Source of the DNA: Chrysomallon squamiferum
Taxonomy: Eukaryota > Animalia > Mollusca
NCBI GenBank assembly: GCA_012295275.1
Contig: CM022670.1
Span: 4,030,001 to 4,094,000, forward strand
Direction: 5' to 3'
Length of the DNA: 64,000 nt
Shown: in pieces, positions 48,993 to 62,549 of the stretch
Layout of the letters: each line of letters begins with the position of its first letter
Position numbering within the stretch: the first letter of the stretch is position 1
Position numbers and translations under genes: made by a program
The notes under the pieces: generated by a model
Told to the model about the DNA's origin: nothing
The model's database searches: none
The model's input: the letters and a program-made list of their open reading frames with translations, nothing else

Positions 48993-49726
48993 TTATTGTT
49001 GTTGTTCTTGTTGTTTTAGATTTTTATCAAAAGAAACATGAATTTCAATTTTTCTTTTACACCCCAAAATTAATAAATAAATGATAAAAATTAAAATTAA
49101 AATTAAAAAATAAAATAAAAGTTCTTATTTTATTTATTTATTTATTTAATAATTTTAAAAATAAAAGGTATTTTCATTTAAATATCACCACTTATTATAT
49201 TTTTCCAAAATATTATATAGACCTTACCATTTTCTTCTGAAGCATCTTGTCAATGAAAAAAACAAGAAATCTTTTTTAAAAACAAGGCAAGTTGGTGCAT
49301 GTAAGTGCTGCTAAAAATGAAACATGTTTCTTTAAGGAGTAGCAGGATATGTCGACAACATGCTGTGAAAATAATAAGAATGGCTGAGATTCTTACTAAA
49401 TGCATTCAGAGCTATTTTCAGCATCTACTGATACCATAACCATCATCATTCCGAGTATGATGAAAAGTACATGCATTATAAATATTCACTGGTTATCCTG
49501 TATACGATCAGAATGTAATATTTTCTATAGTAATGAGCATGTGTTGTTGACAGAAGTAGTGCAGTAGGTTGCATAAATACTGTTTGGAAGTGTTTCTGTT
49601 TAATGTTTTGTACATGATGAATAATATTTAATAATAATAATAATAATAATAATAGCAGTCCAGTAATTGCCAGTGATAGAAGGTTATGGTATGTTGTTTT
49701 TTGTCAGTGGGTAATTCTGTGGTGTG

Positions 49727-49808
<82 letters not shown>

Positions 49809-50286
49809 ATGTGTAAGTGTGTGTAGTATTAATAACTAAAACTGCACACACATATATTTAACACACATACACACAATGCATACATACATATTAATTGATA
49901 TAAAAAAGTACAGTATCAAATTTATTTGTATCAGTTAATTGCACATTTAACTATAGAGAGATGAAGAAGAAATATATATATATTTTAAATAAATACTTCA
50001 CTTTAATTTCTATCTGACTAGCTGAAAAGGGAGAGATAAGACTCAGTTGTGTGCTATGTCTGAGATATGATAACTGCTGTAGATCACAAGTGGAGGTTTG
50101 AAATAATAAACTGTGTCATTTATTTCTTCCTGTAACAAATACGCTGCACTTACCTTGGAAGTAGTTGAATATTCTCTTCTCATTCTTTCTTTAAAATTAC
50201 ATTTTGTTTTCTGTTTATTGCTATTACTATTTTTATTTTTAAATTATGGAGGTTGGTTAAAAAGAAAGAAAAAACAACAAAAAAAC

Positions 50287-50369
<83 letters not shown>

Positions 50370-50722
50370 TTAAAAGAACAACAATATTCAGAAAGTAATT
50401 GTAAAACAAATACATTTTTAAAGGCAAAAAGGAATGTTGAAACAAATACTGTTGCCCAACTTTTTAATATAATTTTATTTATATTATTTATTTTTATTTT
50501 TTTAATATATGGATAACATCTGTATAAAACAGGATATTTTTATGTGACTTTATGTAATTAATAAATGCTTCGACACATTTAATAACAGTTAGTGTTATTA
50601 TTATAATAGATACACTGAAAAATCCTACCATTGCTTTATGGGCAGTACCATTGATAAGTCTCGAAGAATTTTGTTTTATTTGTATGATTTTGTGTATATG
50701 TTAATTTTAAAATAGTATGCAT

Positions 50723-50767
<45 letters not shown>

Positions 50768-50829
50768 AGCACACATGCACACTCAGACACACACTTCTTA
50801 ATCTTGTTCTGTTTCTATCTTTGTCATCT

Positions 50830-50908
<79 letters not shown>

Positions 50909-53900
50909 AAACACATACATAATGATGAACAAATTCATAAACATTCATAGACATGATATATATACACACAGGACTTTTAAACAAACCAAGACAGATAGAT
51001 ATCACCCTGACATTTTATTTTTCTCTTAAGTCTCACAACAGCACATTCAAACCGCAATTAAAGTATTGAACTGGAGGTACCCACAGGTCTCTCACAAACC
51101 ATGGCTGCCTTTCTGCCAGAAAATATATTTACAGATAAATATTCTGAATGATTAACCTCGCTGTTTAATTCCACACAATGACATCTACTGCCAGCAAATC
51201 CACGTTGAGTGACTTACACGTATATAGAAGATAGTCTAAGTGATTCATTGTCTAGCAATGTGTAGCTGACTCTGCTGTCTTCCAGGGCTTTATTCCAGGC
51301 TGTAGGTGTTGCCATGTGCAGTCGGTGTGTAGATTCAGTTGCAAAAACCTAATTATATTAGCAAATAGTTGCCGTTGTTGCTGAGCTGCGTCAGAAACCC
51401 AGAGGAATGTGTGAAGATAAGGAATTCATTGCCACCTTCTTTCTTTTTTCTTTTCCCCTCTCTGTTTTTAATTTTTAATTTTTAAAAACAGTTTGTTTAT
51501 TTCAGTTTCAAAAATGCTCGTAAAGATAAGACAAAAAAAATAAAAAAATAAAAAATATGAAGAAATTAATTGCTTTTTATTCTTTCTCTTCTTCCTTTTC
51601 TTTCTTTCTTTCTTTCTTTCTTTCTTTTTTATTATTCATTTTTATTTCTTTCTTACTAAGAAAATGGTAATAATGACAACAAAATAAAACTAATAAATAT
51701 TTATTGTCTTTTATCTGTTCCTTTTTTCTTTCATTTCCATTTTTTGATTTGAAACAATTGTAGTAATAAATACAGATAATAAAAAGTTACTTTGGTCCAT
51801 ATTGCATTGGTGACTTTTATGTGAAAGCCTGTGAAATATATTCAGTAACCTTCATTTTAAAATATTTAAAACACTGAATTAATGACACATATTTATACAT
51901 AAAATACCAAAGTGAAATTAATCAGTATACATTAATTGTGTTGTTTGTATTAATTATAAATTAAATTGTTTTTCATTGTTTTGTTTTTTTGTTTCTGCAT
52001 TTGAGTTATTTGGGTAATTGACCTGTTTTCAGGATATCATATTTCATATTTTTGAATATAAAATAAAATAAAATGAATAATGGATAAAAAAAATATAAAA
52101 CATAAAATAAAAAACAGTAATAAAAATAATATAAATATGCAGAATACTTAAAATTCATATATTTTCACAGCTAATTATTTTTATTTTTATTATTTGTAAA
52201 CATTAACCTGATTTTCTGCATCAACTTAATAACTAACAAAATTACTATTATTACTATTATTATTTTTATTTTTATTATTATTGTTATTGTTTTGTTATTG
52301 TTATTTTTTATTTTAACATTTTTTTTTGTTTTTTTTTTTTGTTTTAATAAATCTCATAAGTATAGTAGTAAGGTTTTATATCAATATTTTAAAAAATTTG
52401 ATTTCTTGTTGCAGAGCTTGGCAAGACTGAAGGAAGAATTCATGTTCAGTAAAAATGGCGGATCTTCTCCTGATGTCTCCACCCTGTCTCTTTTGCAGGA
52501 GAAATCAAGTACAGAGTCACAGACTGACTTGATAGGAGAGGTAATTAGTTTCACATATTTGTCTTCATGCAATGCACGTGCATGAGCACTGGAAACATGA
52601 TAAACATGTCTGCTTACGTATATATATGCACAAACATCAGGTCACATATAAACATAAAACATACTGAGGTAAACACTTGTGACCTGCTGCAACAAAAGGT
52701 ACTGAAAGTCACTGATAGAGGTCATTACTGTGCCTTGAGCCATGATGAATGAAGGCTATTTGTTAAAGCAGTAGTAAACTTTATATTTTAAACAGTTATT
52801 TTAGTAATAATTAATTTAAAAAGTTAAATCCAATTAATTAAAAAATAAATGTGTTTTTGGTAATGAAATAGTTTAGAACAAAATTTTTTTTAAAATGCCC
52901 AACACACTCGCATATACACACATGATTTTAAAAGATATATATTCATTTTGACTCATCATAATTCATTGAGACTTACATTATTATTTTACATTATTTAGTA
53001 ACATCCAAACAGCTAAAGGAAAAAAAAAAAAAAAAAAAAAATGTCATAGATGTCATTTTATGTAGCTTTTGTGTGAGCAGATAACGTTTATTTATTAAAC
53101 AAAAATAAATAACTGATCATAGACTCCCTCTGCAATTTCAAGATGCACGTACATTATTATGTTAATAGCTGACAGTGATTATATATTATGTCTGGGAGTT
53201 GATTCATTGTCTTTCCCATAGTGCTTTTGTCTACATAATTCTGTAGACAGATATATAAAATAAAAGTTGGCACTCCTTAATGGAAGGAGTGGGAATAACT
53301 GTGGCCTAAGGGAATGTCTTTTTTCCTTTTTGTATATTTATTTATTTACTTATTTTTCAAAAATAAACCACAGCATTAAAAAAAAGAAGAAAAATAAGCT
53401 GCTATATTATTTTTTTTTGTTCTGAATTTATTACCCCAATTGATATTTTGTTTTAAATTTTAAACAAATTCTTTTCTTACAGTTGATATTTTAATGATTA
53501 TATTTACTATTATTATTATTATTATTATTAAATTGCATTTTTATTACCCTTTATGTGAAACACCTATTATTATTATTACTTTTTTTTTAATAAAAAAGGT
53601 ACTAAATAAATTAATAATTTTTTGTTGATAACATTTCTCTTCTTCCTCAAAACATTATTTTTATTTTCATTTAGTTTGGCCTGAATCAGAGACGAATCTA
53701 CGCCGAGAACACGCGACTACAGCTGCAGTACGACGAAGCGCTGAGAAAACTTAGTGAACTCAAACACAAGCTTGCTAAAGTCGAGGATCAGATGATTCCT
53801 GGACAGACAGAGTCTGACAAAGACAGGTAAGTCTATAAGTAAACACTCAGCTGTCCTAGGCAATTACACACATTTACAGATAAGATAATGGTTGGCTTTC

Positions 53901-55057
53901 ACAGCTATGGAGATAGAAAGAGGTGTGAGTTGTATGTTTTTCACTTCCCGTAATACTGTCTACACTGTCACTGCTGCCTAAAGATGCTCAGAATTAAAAG
54001 TGATGTACCTCTTTTTTAATCAAATGCTTAGCAACTGTTGCAGTAGCCTAATCAATTCTTAATATTACATTTCATTTTTGGTTTCAAATTTATTTTCTTT
54101 TGGTCTGTGGTAATTTTATTTATTTATTTATTTATTTATTGTTTTTAAATATTTTGTTTTTGTTGTTTTTTTATTCATTTTTTTTTTTTTTTTTTTTTTT
54201 GTCCTCCATCTATAATTAGTTCATAATATATTTGTATTTTAGGGAGTTCTGTGTTCATTTTCTTAATTACCAAATGATTCTGTAAAATTTGTTTATGTTT
54301 TTATTTATTTTGGGATTATATTGCATAGTTCAGTAATTAACAATTTGGCATAACTTAGGTGTTTGTCCATTATAATTATTTAAAGAAAATACAAATCTGT
54401 AACAAATACTGAGTATAAGTTTTCAAACTGATGAAATAAATGTATATATATATTTACAGTTTGATCATGAGAAAATAAATGAGGCTTTAACACTTCTAAT
54501 ATCTACTTTACTATTTGTTAACTCTTTCACTTGATTGTGATGTATGCAGAACGAACCATTTTTGAATGTGTGTTTTGATTCCTTTTATATTTTTAAATTT
54601 TAAATATATATTTTCCTTTCAGGCTTCTCTTACTTCAAGAAAAAGAACAGCTGCTAAGAGAACTACGAAGCATTGATCCGAAAGGGCGGAGTGAAGGAGA
54701 ATTGATGTCCATCCAACAGCGAATTAATCAGCTGGAGCATGACTTGAACCATCACTTAGAAATCTCTAACAAACAGATAGCAGAGAGGTAACACATTACT
54801 GTTTTAAATGTGTGCAGTAACAATGCAGTATCCTCCAAGCTGTTTCATTTCCAACTGGTACATCCTTTCCCGTATTCAGGAAATAGAGCTTTTTTTAATA
54901 TCGTTTTATCATTAAAATTTAAAATAAGTGAAATATAAATATGGCATCCACTGAGCTTTTGCCATCCTGTTTTTTGTGATAGCAGTCTTCATAAATGTTG
55001 CATTTAAATATTAAATACATTTAGGTGTTGTTAGACTTTCATTCATTCAGTGTGTGA

Positions 55058-55096
<39 letters not shown>

Positions 55097-55187
55097 TGTG
55101 TGGCTGTGTGTGTGTGTATGTGTGTGAGTCTGTGTGTGTGTGTGAGTGTGAGTGAGTTTGTGTGTGTTTGTGAATGAGTGTGTGTGA

Positions 55188-55223
<36 letters not shown>

Positions 55224-58139
55224 GAATGAAGGACATAGTTAACTACTCCCATTGTACTAAAAAAGATAATTACTTCACCTCTTATTTTATTTATTTTTAT
55301 TTTTGTGGTGACAGGTTAAAACTACAATCAGAGAAGGTGTCAATCATGAGACAGTTGTCAGAGACAACAAAACTAACATCATACCTGGAGATGCAGTTAC
55401 GCAGGTAAATTTGTAATTACCATTTCATTTAACTCCCTGAATCTCTCCAGTTAAGTTGATCAAATATAATAAAATTTTTTAAATATTCACTAAATTAATG
55501 ATGTATTGAATTTATTGAGTAACTCCTTTGTTTTTTCAAGCTGTTAAGGATAAGACTTTGGTTTAAAAAAAAAAATTTATAAAAAAATTTAATTTTGTTT
55601 TCAGCTTGTCATTAAGTACTCTGTCCATATCATCTGGATCAAGTCTGGGTTCGCTAGGATCGCTGTCGGCCAGCAGTCGCGGGTCACTGAACTCATTAAG
55701 TGCAATGGACATCTACGGCCAGTCACAGAGCAGCAGTGACGTTTCACTTCAAGACCTGCACCAACGCGTGGAAAAGCTTCTACAGGGTCACACAACCTGC
55801 ATGTCCCCCATCCACGAGAATTCAGTGAACACATCGTTGACCTCGCCAGACCTGGCAGCAGCAGCAACCAACAGCTACCTTCAGAGTGTCATGGCCAGCA
55901 ACGAAAACATCTCCTCAGCAGTGTCTTCAAATTCATCCTTATCATCGTCAGTGACGTCGCCAGTGTATGACATGGGGCTGCCACCCAGTTACAGACAGCA
56001 CATGAATGCCATCGAGAAGCAAAAACTTTTTGATATGGGATGCAACCCTAACTGGAATGCAAACAATGTCTTGAATATTCCGGCCACAAACAATGAATAT
56101 ATGTTTCCCTGTGTACTCAGCACAAACTGCGAGCAATCAAAAATACTAGAGACTTGTGTTAATTCACAGAACCCAAGGGTAGATAACAATAGCTCTAGGA
56201 CACTGCTTCCCTGCGCCAGTGAGGCTGTTTCTCCAGCACTCGTTTCTGGCAGTGGTGAATCAAATACATTTAGTAGCAATAATGGAAAACGTTCTCAAGG
56301 GCTGGAGGGTGTGGATACCATCTCGAACCCTCCCCTCAGCCCCATTAGTGAGAGTAGTTCGGGTGTGTGTAATAATTTATCGGGAGGCAATACGAGGAGC
56401 GTGTCTGCTGCTGTGAGTGATGAGAGTGTAGCCGGTGATAGTGGAGTTTTTGAGGCATCAGTCAAGAGGTGAGAATTTATTCTTATTTTAGAAACAGAAC
56501 ATAAAAGACTGACTTCAGTGGGTTGGTAGGAGAGTTAGCAATGATTTCAGTCCTAGGAAACAAAGTGGTAATATTTCTGACATATTTGTGACAAAGTGTA
56601 TGAGCATTTGTTAAAGAAGTAAGCATCTTATTATTTTTATTTTTTATTTATTTATTTATTTTTTTTAAAGAAGAAAATAAAATTTAAAAAAATAACAATA
56701 ATACTATTACTACTACTACTAATAAAGATAAAACAGAAGACAAATCTTGATGATCATTAGGACAGTTATGAATACAGTTTCGTGAGTCAAAATATAAATA
56801 AGTATAAATGGTTGAGAGGAAAGGATTTAAAAAAAAAAAAATGGTAAAATGATTTCTGCTATATGAAGCAGATAGATAATATATGTTTAAAAAGGCCAGC
56901 TTTTTCAGTCTTTTGGGGAACTGAGTTCTATCACAAGAAGCAAAATTATAACACCTAAATATAAATGTTTGGCACATTGATAGACTTGTACATATTTGAT
57001 TTTAACAAAAATAAAATGTTCTGGATCAGTAGAACTTAAATTTCAATCATGCAAAACAAAATGATACTTGTGGGTAAATGTTTAAATCATTGATCAAGAT
57101 TTAAGAAAACAAAAGTACTAATTTTTTTAAATACAAATTATAATATAGATCTAAATCTTTTTATTTTTTTTTATTTTTTTTTTTAACTGACTAGAAAAGC
57201 TATTGACTTCAAAAACACAAAACAAAATGATAATGAAATGGAGTACATTTTGGAGACATCAGTTAAGAAACAATTATTTGTTTTTGTTTTCCAGAAAAAT
57301 TAAAAGTGAAATAAATAGAATAACCTTTAATAATTATAGAGATATATTTAGATAGGCCTGACATTTTATCAAACGTTTATAAATAGGAATTTACAGTTTA
57401 CAAATTATTGTAAATTTATCTGATGTCAATATGTGACAAATAATTGCTGAACAATTTGCTATTTCTCTGATTAGGACTGTTGCATAATAATTATATTGAA
57501 CATTCACGATATATGCATGAAAGGGTTTTTTTTTTATTTTTTTAGTTTGAGATGATAAGGCCATTTTTTAAAAGTGTTAAAAAAAAGTATGAAAGGACAA
57601 AAAAGAATAACAAAAGAATCCATCAGCAGCCTCCACATAACAAAAACAAAGCATATCATATTGGAGATATATAACAAATACCTGAAACAATCACGAGAAG
57701 TGCAAATAGAAATTTACAAATGAATATAATGGATTTATTTTTCTTATTTTTCAGGACTGGTGATATTGATGAAGTATTAGAAACAAACCTGGAAAGTGCT
57801 CAGATTCAAATAAAATTAAAGTAAGAAATACAATAAAATCTTTTACTTTCTTTTAGGTGACATGCATGTAATTACCTGTTTTAGCTGCTTGTTCAGGTTC
57901 ATCGGTAGAAATATTATTGATGTGTAACTACTTTAATGATTTTAATTTTACACTATTACATTCAGAGTCACTATATTACCTATCCAGACATGTTGATATG
58001 TTGGCCATAGCAACATGTCCAGAAAATCAGTCTAATAGTAATAATATTATAGAGTTACAAAATACAGTAAATATTAATTAACACATCAAAATGTCATTTT
58101 TAATTTTTTTTTTTATTCTTTTAATACTTTTTTCTCCTT

Positions 58140-58176
<37 letters not shown>

Positions 58177-59005
58177 TGGAAACAACATACTAGAAATATG
58201 AAATGTTAAATAAAATGTAAATTTAAAAAAGATTGATAAATATTCAAAACTTAATGCTCAGTTTTATGCTGTTTTTATGCTAATATCTTGCATTGTATGA
58301 ATAATGTTGACTGAGTTTAATTAAAAACAATTTTATTTGCATTGTGAGAAGAAGAATTATTGTTTTATAACCTATTTGTATTTTGAAATATAACACTGTG
58401 TACATTAGTGATTTTATTTATTTATTTACTTATTTTCTGTTGTATGTTTTTTTTTTTCTGTTTTTTGTTGACTAAATTTATTGTTGATTTTGAAATGTGA
58501 TTTGAACTCTTGGATTGATTATACCTGAAGTGGTAATTTAAAAAAAAAAAATCACATATCCACTTTTTTAAGTTCACAAATAATTTATAGAGATTGTTTC
58601 AGTTTACACAGTGACAAATAATTCATAAATAATTTTACTATATTGATATTAAAGAGTTATTTCATTTAGTTAGTTGCTATAGTTTATTTATTTACATATT
58701 TACTTACATATTTTCTTACTTTGTTTGTTTGTTTGATTGTTTATTTATTTTTTGATCATTTCAGGTATGAAGGATTGGAAAATCAACTGGTCATTGGACT
58801 GGTACAGGCCAGAAACCTTGAAGCATTAGCATTCCCCAAGAACAGTCAAGTGTAAGTTAATCTAACTGTAATGCTTGGTATTCCTTCACAGCTTTTTCAA
58901 AACATTTTCTTATTAGAACCATGTATTATAGGTATTTATTGAATCTGTAGTCACATGTGAATGGTAATGAAAACATATATGTATGTTTATTATATGTATA
59001 CTCTC

Positions 59006-59042
<37 letters not shown>

Positions 59043-60448
59043 TTTCACTCCCAATTATTTATTAATATACTTCTGTTATTTTAAAGGTGTATAAAGGCAG
59101 CCCTGTTGCCTCACATGAATGATTCTTGGACAACCAAAGCATCAAGTGATTTACGAGCACCAAAGTTTTCTGAAATCTATCATGTGCTTATACCAGAGAA
59201 CAAATTGTCATTTAAAACACTGCAAGTTAATGTTTGGTGTCTACATGAAGATCACGAAGATGAATGCTTGGTTAGTTTCATTTTTGATATTTATTAACAC
59301 ATTTTTTTTTTTTTTTTTTTTTTTTATAAATTTGTAGTTATTTTATTTAATTTTTTTTTTTTCTCAATTTTTTAAAGTAAATATAGTGAGATTAGATGAC
59401 TGAAATATCACTATTAATATATATAAAAAAAGAACAGTAAAATGTGAATGGTTTGCATAGTTTATACATACAAACATACATACATACATACATACATGTG
59501 TATGTGTGTATGTTTGTGTGTGGGTGTGTGTCTATATATATTATTGTTTAAAAAAAAAAAAAAAAAGAATTAATAAATAAAAATTCCTTGGAGAATTAAA
59601 AACGTTCTTGCTATCTCTGTGGTGCTGCAGATTGCCAGATACAATTACTGGGATATGCACTTTCATTCCAGACATATTTTTTTTCTCCTTCTGTTCTAAG
59701 AAAGACATAAATGAAAAATTAACATACACTGCCAAATTAACATGAGGCAGTGGTTCGAGTGAAAATAACCAAATGCAGCAGATTAATTTTGATGTGTTTG
59801 TAATGTGTTTTGAAAACTAAATATACAGTTTCCAAGTTCATTTGGCTGTCAGTGGGCCACGTTTTGTTTAGAAGTCTCACCCAGCAGCTCTGTGTAAATT
59901 TTAATTTTTTACAATCTTGCACAAATAAACCAGCTTTTTTGGAGAGAAGACAAAAGTGGCCATGTTGGCAATAAAACCACACGCCCATAATAGAGATCAA
60001 CAGTTTGTAAAATTAATAGTGACAAGTCTACTTTGTGGTTTCTTTTCTTTTTTTGTATCATGAGCAGAATATTAGTTTATTGTACAGGGACAGTAACTGG
60101 AATAGGAAAAATTATTTACAGGAAGTAATAATATTAATAATCCTTAAATACATCCTTAAAAAATAAAAAATCTGGTTTGATAATCTTGAATAATTATTTT
60201 ACTCTGGAAAGTAATTTGAATAAAAATAAATTTTAAACACACAAACAAAACCTCCCCCCCAAAAAAAAAAGAGAGAGAGAGAGAGTACCAGTAGGAAATA
60301 ATTAGTTTGCACTGAAACTTTTCTATTGTTTTATTATTATTATTTCTTGATCCATAAAATAGTAGGAAATAACATTGTTAGATACTCATCTTTTTCTCTT
60401 TCTATCCATTCTTTTATTGCCTTATTTCAAATTGATACTGTATATCAT

Positions 60449-60528
<80 letters not shown>

Positions 60529-61236
60529 ATATATTTCATTAAATCTTTTGACATAATGAAGCTATAATTTTAATTTAAAAAAAATATATATACATGTATA
60601 TTTTTATTTTTTGTTGCTTGGGTGTCTCTCATCGTGTGAGATGAGATAATTACTGAAACCACCTTTCAGAAATTACATTTATTTGGATTCACTTCAAAGG
60701 CAAATCTTGCTTGAGAAACACTAACATTCCCTGTCTCTTGTTAACGGTAAAGACATTTATTGCCTTGCCAGCTTGCAGCAAGCCGTGGAGCGAAGTGTAA
60801 ACTGGGTGTGTTAGCAGAACATAACTAAGTCAGAGATGTTGGCTAATTGAGAAAGACATTATGTGCTTTTGAAAACTTTTATCATATTAGAAATGCCAGA
60901 AGCCATTCAGAATTAATTAGTGGAATAAATCGGTGGATGTTGGTACATAGGTACTGAAACTTTATATAGCAATACATTTATTTGTGCTATGTAACTTTTT
61001 TTTTTTTTTTTTTTTTTTTGCTGTCGTTGTCAAATCTTGTTGTAACTGTGTATTTGTATTTGAATTTTGAATTATCCTTTTTTTTAGCTGAATGAGTTCG
61101 TGTGATTTTGTTTTATTTATTTTATTTTTTTATTTGTCTGATTATTGGTTATAATAACATCTTAAAACATCTGACATTTGTCATTTAACATGATAAACAT
61201 TTATATACTAGTATTAAGGTTTAGTAAATATTGGTG

Positions 61237-61275
<39 letters not shown>

Positions 61276-62225
61276 CATTTAGTAAATATTCATCTGTGTA
61301 ATAATTTTATTTTGGTATATATTCATTCTTGCAGTAATAGGGATTTAATGACTGTTAATTTAAGTAATAAGGTTTTAGTAAATATTCATTAATTTTGGTT
61401 TAGTGAATATATTTATATAACAAAGGGTTTTGTGTATGTTCATTTTAGTAATACAGGTTTGTTTACATAATATATAGATTCTGTAAGTATTCATTCTTTC
61501 TTCTTTTAATCCAGGGCTGTGCCCAAGTAAGTTTGGCCGATTTCAATCCAAACGAAGTCTCAATTCGATGGTACAATGTGCTCAGCTTCAAGTTCATGCA
61601 GTCTGATCTGCACATGAACCTGAAGAAAAGCAGCGACGCTAGTCAGCCTTCGTCCAGCAGCACACTCAGCTCAGAAGACATACGCAATTCATGCAACCTC
61701 ACTCCATCGCAGGTGAGCTAGACATCACACCTGTTTGACAGGTTTACCTTTAATTATTAGTCTGTTGTAGGAGTTACCTTCAGTTATTACTCTCTTTTAG
61801 AAAGCTACCTACAATTATTTGTTCTGTTTTTCCATTCCAGTAGAATATTGGGTTATGCAGAAATATATTGAAATTATATTTTTTTTTAAAACTAATACAA
61901 AAAAAATATAGCATTCTTTTAGAAAAAAATTTGCCCAAGATTTCTTTCACAAGCAAGATATATTTGTTTCTATATTTAAAAGAATTTATATTATTGGGTC
62001 TCTTTTTTTTTTCTAAATATATTTGAAAAATGAAGTTTTAAATATCATTAAAACAAATTGTTTCATCAGAAGTGAAATAAATAATTATGTCTGTTTTTAT
62101 ATTCAGAAGACTAGTCGTTATTTTAGATGTTATTTTAAATATTTTTAAAAAATCTTCTCAAATAAAAGTTTTGAAAGACACCATAAATGTCATTAAAATG
62201 CCTATTCCATCAGAGGTGTGTGAGA

Positions 62226-62314
<89 letters not shown>

Positions 62315-62518
62315 TGTGTCTGTGTGTGTGTACATGTACATATATATTTCTGGGGTTTTTTTTACAGAAGGAAGGTTCAGACAAAGTTAAAAAATTATTG
62401 GAAGAGTCATCAGCAAAATTAAGGAAGTCATCTTTAGAAAAAATAAAAGAACGAAGGTAAATTGATCTTATTTTCATTTCTTTTGTTTTTTATCATAAAT
62501 AAAATTTGCAAATAATAA

Positions 62519-62549
<31 letters not shown>

